Shown here piece after piece: positions 28,991-42,903 of a DNA stretch of 64,000 nucleotides. This DNA is from Octopus sinensis (Eukaryota): NCBI RefSeq assembly GCF_006345805.1, contig NC_043013.1, positions 13,392,001-13,456,000 of the forward strand, written 5' to 3'. How positions within the stretch are numbered: position 1 is the first letter of the stretch; each line of letters begins with the position of its first letter. Under the pieces are notes generated by a model that was given only the letters and a program-made list of their open reading frames with translations, was not told where the DNA came from and did not search any database. A program made the translations under genes and the position numbers.

Positions 28991-30234
28991 AGAATATAAA
29001 ATTTAGAATTAGTCATTTCTCGAGACAATTATTTTCTACATAATATTCTATTATTCTATTCTATATTGTAATATTTATTCCAATAATTCTGCCACAACAG
29101 AATACATTTCTAATATTGATGAGGTATACAGTTAAGAAATATTGGAATTCAGTTTAGATCAACATATTCATTACATCATTAGAATAAAATAGACTATTGT
29201 CCAAGTGGTAGATACAAAACATAAGTACATGCATGCATGTACATACATACATACATACATACATACATACATACATACATCATGGTGGCCGTTATGGTCA
29301 GAGCGATATTCGAGACGTGTGTAATTCCTGCTCATATGAAGGCAACGTACCAAATATTGGAAAAGTTAAGCTACAGAGTGCGGTAACATCACTTAAGATT
29401 AATTCTTCATAAGTGTTTTGAATATTACGGATATTGCAGCATTTCTATACATCTTAACACATTTTTGTAAACACAGCCTTTTAATGTTACACACATAACG
29501 AAATAAGTCAAGTAACATTTCAATAAGTACGTTTCAATGCAATTGTAGATTTAAAAACAACCTGAAAGATTAATCAAGCTGTGAATAACTTTTAATTTAA
29601 TCCTGACAAAAAATTGTCAAATTTTTTAATAAAGATCACTGTCTATTTTGAAAAACAAATACAAATATCAATGAATTAACAAAATCCTCATGGCTAGACG
29701 TATAAGTCTCCTTCAACCAAATCATGACTACAATCACTGTGTACATTGGACGTACGATTTGAACAAAGATTGATATGAAGCATATGTACAATCTGAGCAC
29801 AGGAAGATCGCTTTTATGCAAAAGCTAAAAGATTTGTGGAAGCGTGAACTCCAATTATTAGATTTTCCCTTGAAAATATTCAAATGAACAAGGAAAACGT
29901 ATCATCTTCTTGTATAAAATAGACCTGTGTGTGCGTGTGCGTGCGTGTGTGTCTATTCGCTTTTCACGCGAAAACGGCTGCACGAATTACTTCCATACTT
30001 GAGATGCATAAATGATTTGAGCTCGGGTATATAATAGGGTTTTTATTATTTTTATAATTAAAAATAAATAAATATTATTTTATATTTATGATTCACTTAT
30101 TTGAAAAGGTTTCTCAATGTCAACTTTCGGTACTAACTTAGCAAAGGCGAAATTTTCCGTTTTCATTTGCAAAACCTCTCATTCTCTAAGTTGACGGTTA
30201 CATTTCAAGTCTTAATTCACTATTTGCAAACAAC

Positions 30235-30640
30235 TATGACAAATTACCGATATGGTGTGTGTGGCTTTCATAAACCATTCATCTGCTGCTAGTCCCCTTT
30301 TGACCACCAGATCCCAAAGTAAAGAATTCTGTCAAAGGTTTTCCGCTGGTTATTGAATGTCAAATACAGCAGCTTACTTTTACCCAGATACTTCTCCTTC
30401 AGTTACTTCACCAAAAGCAGGGCATTTTTAGTACTTGTCCATGGCACAAAACCAAACTATATCTCGTCTAGTGTAACCTTTTCTCTAATTACTTAAGCTG
30501 TGGTTGTTTCCATAACTTTTGTGCTCTTGTCCAGCAATTTTATACTTCTGTATAATTACCTTTCTCTAGCATCTCCTTTATTCTTGTAACAGCTCACTGT
30601 AATGCTACAATGCAAGTCCTTATGCATACCACTTTTCTGT
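30235..30640 (-). mobile_element. RTE RT relic
   Basis: Reverse translation relics IKLLDKSTKVME..IREKVTLDEI*FGFVP...KEKYLGKSKLLYL..KTFDRI. Confidence 0.65.
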
Positions 30641-31112
30641 AAAATTCGATTGACTGTAACAAATAACAAAGCCATATCTCACACTGCCAAGTATTTTAAA
30701 CATTATAGCAACAATTCCTAATGGTTCATGGGGTTTCTCCAGCTTTCATATTCTTCAGTACTTTGTCTATCATATTGCTACCAACTAGAATCACTAGGCC
30801 CTCTACTGGATCAATGTTGGGAAGATCTTTATTTCATGTAATCTCCACATATAATAACCTTTAATGGTAGCACTTTTAAGTCTTTTCTTTTCAGAATCAC
30901 TAAGAGCATTGCTATCCATCCATATACACCAACATGAAAATTAATAGCCAACTGTACAAAAAAATGAAAAAGTATCTAAAAATATTCACAAAAACCGTGT
31001 AAAACGTTGCTGCTATAGAAATCCATCGACAAAATAATGAACTGATTATTGGATAAAATTTCTACAAACAGATGTTGTCAATAAAAATAAAGGGAACATT
31101 AAAAACAATTAC

Positions 31113-31194
31113 CTTTGCAATTTTCTGGTCACCTTTTTCAAACTTTACCATACCAAATTCATCACATGAATTAATTCTTTTCTCATAGACAGAT
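31113..31194 (-). CDS. TRPM: TRPM module B exon: SVYEKRINSCDEFGMVKFEKGDQKIAK
   Basis: ttggtttag|A...AAG|gtaatt; 82 nt, phase 2 to 0. Matches TRPM TDAFGxIxF...xAK. Confidence 0.88.
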
Positions 31195-31469
31195 CTAAAC
31201 CAAATAAACAGTTGAAGTAAAATTCTGATAGGGAAGGTAGAAAATGGTAAATAACAAAATCAAGAGATAAAGAACCACCCTAGTGAAAACTATAAATATT
31301 TACAGATATAGAGACATAAAACCATACCCAGAAATAGATAAATGATGGGTTAAACAGTTGTTAATAATACTTATATAGTAAGTAGAGAAAAGATATTATG
31401 CAGAGAAGGCTATGCTTTGCTGAAGAAATCTAATTAGACCAGAATATGTAAACAGTTATTGTAGTAGGA

Positions 31470-32180
31470 TCATTAGAGGGTCACAAAAAATGTCTTGTGG
31501 TATTAGTTCCAGCTTTTTATATACTAAGTTCAAATCCCTCTGAGATCAGCTTTGCTTATTATCCTTCTGGTGTTGATAAAATAAAGTACCAGTTAAGTAA
31601 TGAAGTTGGTGTTATTGACTAATTCCTTCACCTTAAAATGTTGGCCTTATACTTAAGTTAGAAGCAAATTTCTCATCATTACATTATTGTATCATTAACT
31701 TGATTGCTATTTTCTGTAGTTATGGAGTTCTGTGTTATTTCCTTCAATCATTATAATAATAATGTTATGACGTCTTCTCATGTAGAGCATTGTAAATCAG
31801 CATAATGATTCTCTTATATTTCATTGTATAAGTATGAAGAAAGTTATGTTTGTCTGAGGAGAAGAGAAAAGTAAGCCAGGAACCAGAAATTGCATTAAAT
31901 TAGTATCAGAGAATGAGCTAATGATTTCTTGATATTGATTAAAATGAATTAAATTTTTCTCAGTATTTTAAATATAATGGAAATAAGGCGATGATGTGGT
32001 AGAATTGTTTGAGCATATTTCTTCTGATCCTTAATGTTCTGAGTTCAAATCCTGCTGAGGCTATCACTATCTTTCATCCCCTTGGGCGTTGATAAAATAA
32101 AATAGCAGTCAAGTACTGAGGTTCATAGTATAGATTAAGACCTTCTCTTAAATATTGTTAGCCTTATGTTTAAATTAGAA
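31470..32180 (+). mobile_element. Two tRNA-derived SINE copies (31470-31670, 31985-32180)
   Basis: gttcaaatcc...tttcatcc...gttgataaaataaa.tacc/agcagt consensus of the family at 18705. Confidence 0.7.
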
Positions 32181-32335
32181 AATGCTTTCATCCTGATTAG
32201 AGTTAGGAGATGTGTGATGTGATGACTATCATGACATTTCCTTGACGCAATTGCTTTGGGGTTCAACATTCAGCCTCAGATAAAGTCATTTGACAAACAA
32301 GTACAACATCAAAATTAATGAATATATTCATCTAT

Positions 32336-32371
<36 letters not shown>

Positions 32372-32855
32372 CCTGTCAACATGCTGGTGGAGTTTACAAA
32401 TTTCTCCAATGCCAGAGTTCATACACCAATCAAATTTTATAATTAACCATTAATTAGTTTCCCCTAATTCTTTTCTTTCTCTTTCCCCCATCCCTTCTGC
32501 TAAACCTGATTAACTCTCCCTTTGTAGCTATTATCCCCCACTGGAATTTAAAATTATTTCTGTTTTTCTTCAAGTCCTTCCTTCATTTCCCATCCACCAC
32601 AGATGTACATACACACATATTCACACTACTTGAATCCTACTCTTTCCCTTTCCCATATACATATTGTATAGAGACACACACCTGTTACTATTTACTCTTT
32701 CTTTATTTCTTTTTACCTGAGTTCCACATGGACATCAACAACTCATCTCCACTCTCCTCAACTAGAAATCACATACCTACCATCACTTCCTGTATCCATT
32801 GCCATGATGACTATCTGAAATAAGACAAGGATAATCCTCTTCTCCTTCCTTTCAT

Positions 32856-32894
<39 letters not shown>

Positions 32895-34064
32895 AGAAGT
32901 CTTTTGCTTCAATCTTTGTTGTCTTTTTCCATTTCCACTTGGCTTAAAACACTGACTTTGCTTTATATTATCATATTTTTGTTTCTTTGAATTATTTTTG
33001 CTGATGTGGACTAAGAAGATTTCATGCTTTGATTGCTGCTTAGCCACAATAACTTAGGATGGAGGGGAAACTGGAATCTATAGAATTGTTAAGTAATAAT
33101 AAACTAGACATTTTGATCTTCATCCCAAACTGCCAAAGTAGCATGGGTTTCATGTAACCTTTTGAGATTTTTTCATATTTAATAATAAGTAAGAAAAAAT
33201 AATAAAGTTCTCACAACTATATATGTTGTGGTGGCTCTCATTCATCATCCATGATGAAGTCATCTTAGCTTCTTCACACAAAATTACAATCAAATGTCTT
33301 GCCAGAAAAGTAAAATTTCAAAATCAATAAATCTCTCTCTCTCTTTCTTTCTGTTTCTCTCGTTCCTTCTCTCTCTCGCTTTCTCTCTCCATCTTTTCCT
33401 GTCACTCTATCACTCGGTCTCTCCCTCTTTCTGTTTCTCTCTTTGTCACTCTGCATCTCTTTCTGACTCCCCCTCTCTCTCTCACTCATTCTATGCTTGA
33501 ATATAATTAGGAACATCATTAGCAGATGTTATGGATTTCTCATTAAGTTCACAAACCAGTTTTAACTTTTGCTTACATTGAATTATTTCTTACAGAATAG
33601 AGAATGAAATCAACATCACAAAATTTAATTTCTTTCACCCCACCCCACAAAAAATTAGTCAGATTGTTAAAATTATTAATGCTATAGCTATCTTAAGAGA
33701 GATAAGTGTAGACAAATGATGGGTGCCAACCAAACTTTGCTTTTTTGATCCCTCTGTTAGTTTCAATCCTTCGACAATTCATGAATAATACCAATGATGT
33801 AACAGAGTAAGGTTTCGAAGTGTAGCAATTTGGTATATTTCCAACATATTACGAAGAATAGTGTTGTATAGTAATCAACAATTGATCGTAAGAGTTATCT
33901 CCCTTGGCCATTAGGGTTTATTAACATCCCCAGAAGTTTTTATCTACTAATTACAGTATAATCTCAGCAAATCAAAAATTTTGATCACTTATATATTATT
34001 ACTCAAACCCTTCCATATATGCACTTATATGTTACCAGATTTAGGGATATATTTCTTGCATTAC

Positions 34065-34096
34065 CTCGCTTCTTCTGAAGTGTCCATATCATCTTC
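34065..34096 (-). CDS. TRPM: 32-nt linker or first coding micro-exon: EDDMDTSEEA(R)
   Basis: cttttattttcag|GAA...GCGAG|gtaatg. Strong splice sites. Phase 0 to 2 joins 38649 to 31194 in frame. Contains an ATG at 34087. Confidence 0.7.
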
Positions 34097-34859
34097 CTGA
34101 AAATAAAAGAAATGATATGGAATGTTAGAAGGAATGATGTAGTTTCAACTTTTCACATTAATGCAATATCGTAGAGTCTTTAAATTTTACAACAAATTAT
34201 ACAGAGAAGCCATAACTGAATATAAACAGTACAAGATATGAGAGTAACCACAATTATCCTATCCATATTAACACAGATATTCACGATTTCTTCTTTTCTT
34301 ATTTATAAGTTTTACTATGGTACACTGCTTTTCACACAGGATTTGAATGGATGAAATCTTCTGGTGAGAAACAGTTCCACATGATGTCAAAAGAACTTCA
34401 TTTGACCAATTTAAACTTCTGTGTAAAATGTGTAGCAAATGTCAGACTGGGAAAGTTATATGATACCTCTAAAAATGACTAAAAAGAAGGGTAGATGGAG
34501 TACAGACAAAGAAAAACAAACAAAGTGGTTCTGTTATTAAATATTCTGCAGCCTCCACAAAAATAAATTGCACTTTTAACTTTATAAACTTGGTTTTGTT
34601 GAGGTGGATTCCGACTCCACCACCCGATGAATAAAGGTGAACAGATTCATTTCTATTAAATAGAATAGACAACTGCCCAGTCATCAGCAGTTGATTGACA
34701 GCGATTGATTGGTAAGCAATTCACTGTGGTCTGTGGCAGAGATCGTTTACCCGCTTGTAACAGTAATAGTATTCCTTCATGTAAATACTTTTTTCCTCTG
34801 CTTCGTTTAATTACTTATCCAACATACAAGGATTTAAAAATGGGGACGAGTTATTCGAA

Positions 34860-36790
34860 GATTGCGTTGGACGTTCAATTATTTTTATCTTTTTGTTTGT
34901 ACAAAATCAAAGAAAACGTTGTTTTAACATGGATGATTTGTTGGCCTCCATCTTTTACGCTTAGCATTGTTGAGAAAAGTTTCTATTTTCAAAGTTATGT
35001 CGTGTTAAAGTTGTCGTATTTCGGTAATTTCAACCAATAAGTGACGTGTATTCAGCTCAAAATTACTGCTGTTCTTTGTCAACAACAACTTCCGGCGGTG
35101 TATATTTCGTTTGTCACTGTTATTTATGACATATTTCATCTCAGGTACGTTCGTATGAATAAACGAGTGTTCCGCAAACCGGTCACCCAAGCGGCGTTCC
35201 GTTTGACCGACGTACAGAGGACAGAGAGAGCAGGACATGCAGTAAGTGACGTTGCTAGAAGTGCAGGTGAAGGAGTCAGTGATATGATAGGGACGATGAT
35301 GTGTGTCTGTGAGGATGGTGGTGTTGGAGAGGTAAGGACAAGTGCGGCAGCGAGGGTAGGAGCAGGGACCGAGCCGTGCTGGGAGGTGGGGCTAGGGAAG
35401 AAACTATGGACCAGGAAGTCACGTAGGTTGTGGGCTCGTTTAAAGGAGGGAAAGGATATATTAGGGGAGATGTGAGAAGTGAAGGGATCGGACTGGAGTC
35501 GCTCGAAGGCACGGAGAATGGTGCGTTGGAGAGGAAGGGTGGAGGGGTGGTAGGTGAAGGGAAACAGGAGACAAGTAATGGCGGGGCGGTTGTGGGGAAA
35601 GAGAACAGATGCACGGCACACAGAAGTGCTCTGGCAAGGGCGGTGTGGGTAGTAGTGAGGGGATATCCACGAAGGATGAAGTGGCGAGACAGGACTTGAG
35701 AGTGAGTCTCAAAGTTATGGTTATCACTGCAGAGCCTGCGCAGACGGAGGAATTGGGCCTAGGGGATGGAGAGCTTGGTGTGTTTAGGGTGGGAGGAGGA
35801 GAAGTTGAGGTATGAGTGTGAGTCGGTGTGTTTGTAGTAGATGGAGGTGTTGACACTGGAGTGATGAATGCTGACCGAAATTGTGAGACAGGAAGTGTTG
35901 GAAATAGCGCAGGATGGAAATATTGGACAAAAGAGAGGAAGGAGTCTAGTTCTTCGTGGGAGAGCGAGGTCGCATCGATACAGTCATCAATATAGCAACT
36001 ATATAGTTCGGGAGTGGGACCAATAAATCTTGAAAATATTTGGGCCTCAACGTAGTCAACGAACAGGTTTGCATAGTTGGGGCCAATTGTCGATCACATA
36101 GCCACTTCCGAAATCTGTTCGTAAAAATCCCCCGCAAACGAAAAGTAGGTAAGGGAGAGAACAAGTTCGGCCAGACGAAGATAAGTGGATGTGTAAGGTT
36201 GGGGTTAGCTTGAAGGTCTGGGTAGTTTTTGAGGGCAAGAAGCCCCTCGTGGTGTGGGAAATAAGCTCTTGATGTCAAGAGTGAAGAGAAGTTTAGCGGG
36301 GCCAGGAGAGAAGGAGAAAGAGTTGATTAGTGTCATGGATGTGAAAAGGGAGAGAAGCCACTAGGGGACCAAGGACACGATCAAGATATTTTGAGATGAG
36401 TTCCGTGGGACAGTTACAGGCGGAGACGATGGGTGGCCAAGGTTTGTGTATTTTAGGAAGAAAATAAATTGTGGGGGTGAAGTTGGAGGCGATGGAGAGA
36501 TAGGAGTTGAAGATGAGGTCATGGATAGTGGAGGACACCGTCTGTTGGTAGCTAGGCGAGGGGTTGGAGGGCAGAGGGCCGTAGGAGGAGGTGTCTTGAA
36601 GTTGGCGGAGAGCCTCAGCCTTGTAGAGGTCAGTGCCCCACACCACCGCGGCTCCACCCTTGTCGGCCGGTTTTATGACGATGTCTTTGCGGCATCGGAG
36701 ATATCAAAGAGCCGAGAGCTCTGCTGGGGAGATGTTCAGATGTTGGGGACGCTTGGAAAAGTCCAACTGATCCACAGAGCGCTGGTAGGC
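34860..36790 (-). mobile_element. Penelope-like retroelement relic (RT + GIY-YIG)
   Basis: YFLPKIHKP.PPIVSACNCPTELISKYLD (36293-36646); FTYHPSTLPLQRTI...FKRAHNLRDFLVHS (35136-35621); CPLYVGQTERRLGDRFAEH (35005-35238). Confidence 0.88.
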
Positions 36791-37801
36791 GCCCGACACA
36801 CACACATGAATATATATACACGCACACACGTGTAAGTATATGTTCATATATGTACATATATTTGTAAATATGTGTCTATGTGTATATAGATATATGACTG
36901 AGTGAACATATTTACCTATATAATTTGTATAACAGTAAGAAATACGGAATACAGAAAAAAAAAATTTTTTTCTGTATACTTATTTTATTTTGTATGACTA
37001 CACATGATCTTTCTTACCTGTTTGTATGCTTGAAATCTACCTGAAGTTGACTGGGTTTTGCACTGATATTAGTCTAAGAATGCGTAAATGAAATGCTACC
37101 GAAACAGCCGTTGTGAATTTTGAACCACGCTTTTTTCATGTTATACATAGGATACACTTTGACATGACTAGGTTGGATCTACAGCTAATATTGATTTGGG
37201 TACCTATGTGTATATATACAGTTATATAAGGGTAAGATCCAGGAATCAAAGTGTCGGAAATTTTTAACCATCAAATGGTCCATAGCAGGTACAGAATGCA
37301 AAGAGTGGACAGTGTATGATTAGAAATAATACCAATAATATGATTAGAAATAATACTTTTCCCATATTAAAGTTACGAGGAAATTCAATAAGCTGAAACG
37401 TTCTGTACAGCTCACGGTTAGAAAATAGAGTTGTTATGAATGCGTATAAAAATCCAAATTAAGAGAGTGGAAATGCTAAAATCCAGTCTACATAACCTCT
37501 GATGTAATAATTACTCAAAATGGTACTCATCTAAGCTGTTCATCAAACTAAGAATGCATTAATTATATGAAGGTTACATTGCCGCTTGGGAATTCAAGAT
37601 TAATACGCTACAAATGTGAGTTAACGGTCTGTGGTGAGGTAACTTGGAATTTCCAGGCGACAAAGTAACCTTCAGGTGATTAAGGTATTTTCAGCCTGAT
37701 TATTAGCTACGTTAAGTATGTCTCGTTGAGTAATTATCACATCAGAGGATCAGCTGATTAGGAAACACATGTAGGTTGCATTTTAATCGTGCTACACACA
37801 T

Positions 37802-37865
<64 letters not shown>

Positions 37866-38648
37866 TTGCACTTTCTAGGCTTCTTTCCCCCAATGATCTT
37901 ATTTCCCAACCGCTCTACATTTAACCCTTCCCTTTTTTCCACTTCTTACATATACCTGCCACCTCACACTTTTCCACTTATTATTCATATGCACACATCA
38001 TTAACAAGATATTATATACAGATACACACGCAAACGTACATAGCGTCATACACATACTAACAACTAAACATGCTCGGCCCCCAGTCACACAGAAACATAT
38101 GCCAGGTGCATAGTTCTCCCCCACGTCACTCCCGCCTAAAGCGATCTTTCTAATTCTTCCAGTCGTCCACCCTTCCATGATTGTTGGACATATGTGTATT
38201 TCAATTTCTCAAATTACCCTGCTACGTTCTGTTCTTTCCATGTCTATCCTATCTTTCAGAAGAAGAGCGAATACTGGAAATATAAATACCTTCCTTTTCT
38301 TTTTTTCCACCAAACTAATACCAACTCAGTGTATATGTTTTACGTTGCTTTTGTTTTGTTTCTTCGTAATATTTGCAACATTTATAATTATGTGCAGGTG
38401 CATATATATATTTATATACGTATGGAGAGTGAAAGAGTGGGGAAAGAATGGTGAAAACTATAGAGAAATAAACAATAAATATTTTACAAGCATTCAAATT
38501 ATTAAAATTTACCATTAAAAAATTTTTGAAATACATTCATAACATTAGTTAGGAATGTATTTGAAATACTTTTCTTCCTTTCTAGCAGAAGTAAAAGTCG
38601 ATTTATTAATGGTTCACAACATGAAGTGATAAAAATATATTATCTTAC

Positions 38649-38743
38649 TTTCTGCTGAGTCTCTTCAAATATTAGACGTTTTACGATATAACTTCTGTCC
38701 CACACAAATGCGAGCCTCAAATTTTCTAAGTTGTTTTTCTGCG
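38649..38743 (-). CDS. TRPM: TRPM module A exon (start of MHR3): (A)QKNNLENLRLAFVWDRSYIVKRLIFEETQQK
   Basis: tattacag|CG...AAA|gtaaga; 95 nt, phase 1 to 0. Matches QLxLALAWNRxDIAxxxIF. Confidence 0.9.
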
Positions 38744-38819
38744 CTGTAATATAGATTTTAGAACAAACAGTCAGTCGATATTTAAATGTTTTTTTATTAA
38801 ATCCAAATATTTGATAAAC

Positions 38820-39500
38820 TCTGCATGGCTAATTTTAGAGAGCCACTGAAGTCATACGTGAAACAAAATCCTGGGCTTTTTTAAAAAAAGAGGATATTAA
38901 TAAAGAAACAGGGAACCTAATTATAGCAGCCTAAAATCAAGTGATAGAGACAAACAATTTGAGAAAAAAAAATATATATGTACAGAATTTGTCAGAAATA
39001 TGTAGAGCCTGTGAAACTTGGAACAAGACAGAATGCCCCAAGTTGGCACAGTAAGAATATCAGAAATGGAGGCACGACAAAGTTGTAAATGTTATACATT
39101 GGAAACTGTGCCAGAAATAAGGATTTTGAACCTGGAAACACATGGTATAATCATTGAGTTGAAAGAGTACTGTAGCCGGAGAAATGTATGGTTTTGTGGG
39201 ACTTTCCTATTCGAAGGACAAGAAATTTAAAATGATAGACCAGACATAAATATTATAGATAAGGAAAGTGGCGTTGCTTACAAATTGACCCATCATGCCC
39301 GTCTGATTCCAGATTCGTAAAAAAAGTTGAAGAAAAACAAAAAAATACAATCCCCTAAAATTAGAAATAGGAAGAATTTGGAGCATGCAAACAGTAAAGG
39401 TCGTTCATATAATAATTGGTTCTTTGAGAAGACTGAGGGAGATTGAAATATAATGCCTGGTAGAGTTCCTACAGAAGGTTTGTTTTTAAGGGACAGCAAG
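38820..39500 (+). mobile_element. R4/Dong-type LINE 3' fragment (restriction-like endonuclease)
   Basis: Relics CRACET...RHDKVVNVIHWKLC...VLWDFPI...RPDINIIDK...KKYNPLKLEIGRIW. Confidence 0.75.
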
Positions 39501-39559
39501 AATTATCAGGAGGATTCTAAGCACTTGAAAGACTGCCGTAAAAATTGTGGCTACTGAAC

Positions 39560-41240
39560 GTTACAGAAAGTAACTCGATATCCGTATAATTCCGAACCAA
39601 AATAAAACCGAACTTGAGCCAAACCAAAATAACAACAACAACAACAATAATAATTATTATTATAAAGTCAAACAAAAAAAATAGCAAGAAATGCCACGCC
39701 AACAACAAGCAATATGGAGCAAACCATAAAGCACAACAAAAATGTTCAGTGGATTGATAGGGAAAAGGAAAGAACGCAATAGAACAACAGATATGGTCCA
39801 CCATCACAGGCCACGATACCATGGATACACTGAGGAGTATCATCAACTGGAAAACTCCAGAGATAGACAAGATCCCCACCTTCTGGTTGAAACACCTCAC
39901 CAATACACATAACCACTTAGCACAGTACTGAATCTGTTGACAAGTGAGCCAGAATCATCCCCAAACTGTATGCTGGAGGGACAAAACATCCTAATTCCTC
40001 CAAACAACGACACCATACACTCATGAAATTACAGACCAATAACATGTCTATCAACACCCTACAAAACCCTAACATCAGTCATCTATAACTGACTTATAAA
40101 TCACATGGAAAATAACGTTTTACCAGAAGAACAAAAAGGATGCTGGAGAAGGATGTATGGTTGTAAGGATGTATGGTCTTCTAGAAAACCGAACCATAAT
40201 AGAGAACTGTAAGAGGAGAAAGACAAATATGAACATGACTTGGATTGATTACCAGAAAGCATTCGACAGTGTTCCACACTCATAGATACTGGAATCTCTC
40301 CACACAAATAAGGTAGCTCCACCATCGCTAAAATATATTAAACATGCAATGGCAAACTGGAAGACCAATATAACATTTAAAATATGATTCACGACTTATT
40401 AAAACCTACCCTATACCCATAAAAAGAAGGATTCTCCAAGGAGATTTACTATCACCCCTACTTTTCTGCCTTTCTCTGACACCACTCACAAACGTGTCAC
40501 ACGAAACCACCATGGGTAACAGGTGCTATGTACAAAAAATAAGCCATCTCCTGTACATGGATGACCTAAGACTTTTTGCTAAAATCACCATGGAACAGAG
40601 AAACCTTAGAAAAATTGCTCAGTGTTTCAGCAATGATATCGGAATGAGTATGGGGCTGGACAAATGTACCAGAATCCCACTGAGAAGAGGTAAATTATTC
40701 AGCATTGAAAACCCTGCACTCGACATAGACACAGAAATGAGAGAATTAGACTACAAGCACCCATACAAATATCTAGGAATAAACGAAACAGCTAAAACGC
40801 AGCACACCGAAATGAGAGGAAATTAGACCAATATTAAACTCTGAACTTAATACTAAAAATAAGATAATAGAGATAAACGGGCTAGCGATACCAGTCATAA
40901 ACTACAGCTTTGACAAAATATACTGGAAGATTAGTGAATTGAGAAACCTAGATAGAAAAGCTGGAAAACTTCTAACAGCGTATCGAAGTCACCACCCCAA
41001 AGCAAACTCAAACAGAATATATCTACCCCGCTCAGAAGGAGGCCGTGGCCTTTATACAGATAGATAATTACTATAAAACAACGACAGTTGGAATAGCAAA
41101 GTATTTAGACACAAAGAGAGGATGACTACTGCATGTAATAAAACAACACGAGAATAATATTAATATATGAAGAAGGCTAAAAAGCTCGCGTAATCATAAA
41201 GATTACTAAAAGTTAAATAAATTCAGCTCCTATTCCTACT
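39560..41240 (+). mobile_element. R4/Dong-type LINE RT relic
   Basis: EEQKGC; WIDYQKAFDSVPHS; GDLLSPLLFCL; ISHLLYMDDLRLFA...MGLDKC; YKYLGI. Confidence 0.8.
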
Positions 41241-42021
41241 GACATTTATGATTTATATAAACATATATGTGTGTGTGTGAGAGAAAATTTAAGGACAAGC
41301 AAGTTAGGAAAGTCGATTTACACAGAATATTAAATAAATTTAATACAAATAATGTACATGTGTATGGATATAGTACGACTGCCACAGAGTATAAATGTTA
41401 TCAGGAGTTAAATGGATTGAGTTTTATGAGCCTAACCGCTGTTTCTGGGTCTGGTGGTCCGGAATAATGATAGTTACTTGGTTCTATCATCAGATAACAC
41501 CGCCTGCGTCTTCAGGGATGAATTTTAGGTATTTGAGGTATTGACAGGATGAAGTTTAAAGATGGAATGATTTTCTGGAGAACTAAGTGTATTATGAAGG
41601 GGGTTAGGGGTGTTTAGATAGAGAGTAGTGACAGGAGAAGATAGATTTCAGGGTTAGGGTTAATAATTACTGTAGGATGGCTTCCCTTTGCAAATACCGA
41701 TAGGTCACAGAAAGTGTGTCAATAGCCAGCTGGAGAAGATGTTCTCCTGGGGCTACAAGCTACAGTAACACCTACCCTTAGTGGTTAGCCATATTGAGAT
41801 GGAAAATATACCTCACATAATATTATTATTGTTTCCCTAAATATTTCATCCTAAATTAGTTTTTTAATGTTTCATGCTAAAACTAACTCTGAACTTTTTG
41901 GTTGGTGTATAAATTAGTGTAATTAGTAACAACTAATTTAAATTACAATCATATGTAATGAAAGTCAAATTGATTAGAAAATATCAAAAGTTGAAAATAT
42001 AATTTTTTAAATATTTCTTAC

Positions 42022-42206
42022 CTTTGAACACAGCCTTGAAAATTGCTAGATCAAAGTCTTCAACTGAGTCTGTATCATAAACAGTTATCAAGTTTGGTCG
42101 TTTTAGGAACTCCAACACATAGTCAATCATGTTATCTATCACATTTCCTTCCAATTCGTTTTCATATTCTTTAATAATTTTCTCTCTGATATCAGCTTTC
42201 AGTTTC
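42022..42206 (-). CDS. TRPM: TRPM module A exon: KLKADIREKIIKEYENELEGNVIDNMIDYVLEFLKRPNLITVYDTDSVEDFDLAIFKAVFK
   Basis: ttctaag|G...AAAG|gtaaga; 185 nt, phase 2 to 1. LITVY...DFDLAIFKAVFK matches TRPM LITVF...DIDxAILxALLK. Confidence 0.9.
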
Positions 42207-42903
42207 CTTAGAATTGATGTAGAAAGAAGAGTTATTTCAGAAAATAATACGTAACACTTTTAATAGTGATTAAAAGAAAGGTAGATACAATGAATAACAT
42301 AAGGTCTATATTGGCGCCAAAAACAAGATATGTTAACTAGACTGCTACCTTGGAGCTCAAATGAGAAATGATGTTAATCAGGCTACACTATTAGTGATAC
42401 AGATAACAAATAGTGTTAGCTGAGGGATCTCATGTTTGATGGAACAGAGCTTAATTAAAAGAGGAAGGATACCACCCATAATTTTTACAGGACATCTGTG
42501 GTTGATGAGGGAAAGACATGAATGAACCACAACTTATGGGTTGCTGCAAATCAAGTTTCCAATCTTGCAAATAATTAAGCTGGAAGTCATAATGTGGTAG
42601 ACATGACAAGAAATGGGGTTGTGTCTAGAGATGTTATCAACAGTACCTTTGTCATATATAGTGGTAGGCCTCTTTTGGCAAACAGACACTATACAGACAC
42701 TATACAATGAAAGTATTGTGAATCATGACATCATGTTATCCTCACACCAACGACCTGGTCTGAATGCTTGCAATGTTGTGGATTCTGTTAAAGGTAGTGA
42801 AGGACTAAGTGGTCTTGTTGAACCCCCACCAGGTACTTCAGTATTTAATGATGGAATGAATTAAGTTTACAACCTGAGAGAGTGTGCCCAGAATTGATTA
42901 AAC

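Noticed and set aside
34350-34520. Plus-strand acceptor (ttttcacacag|) followed by ~55 open codons
   Set aside because: No partner exons, no recognisable motif, and compatible with chance.
37400-37790. Candidate internal promoter for module B (E-box-like caggtg/cagctg)
   Set aside because: Such short motifs are expected by chance and cannot be supported without start-site data.
42613-42864. 83-aa plus-strand ORF
   Set aside because: No recognisable motif or splice context; lies antisense in a TRPM intron.
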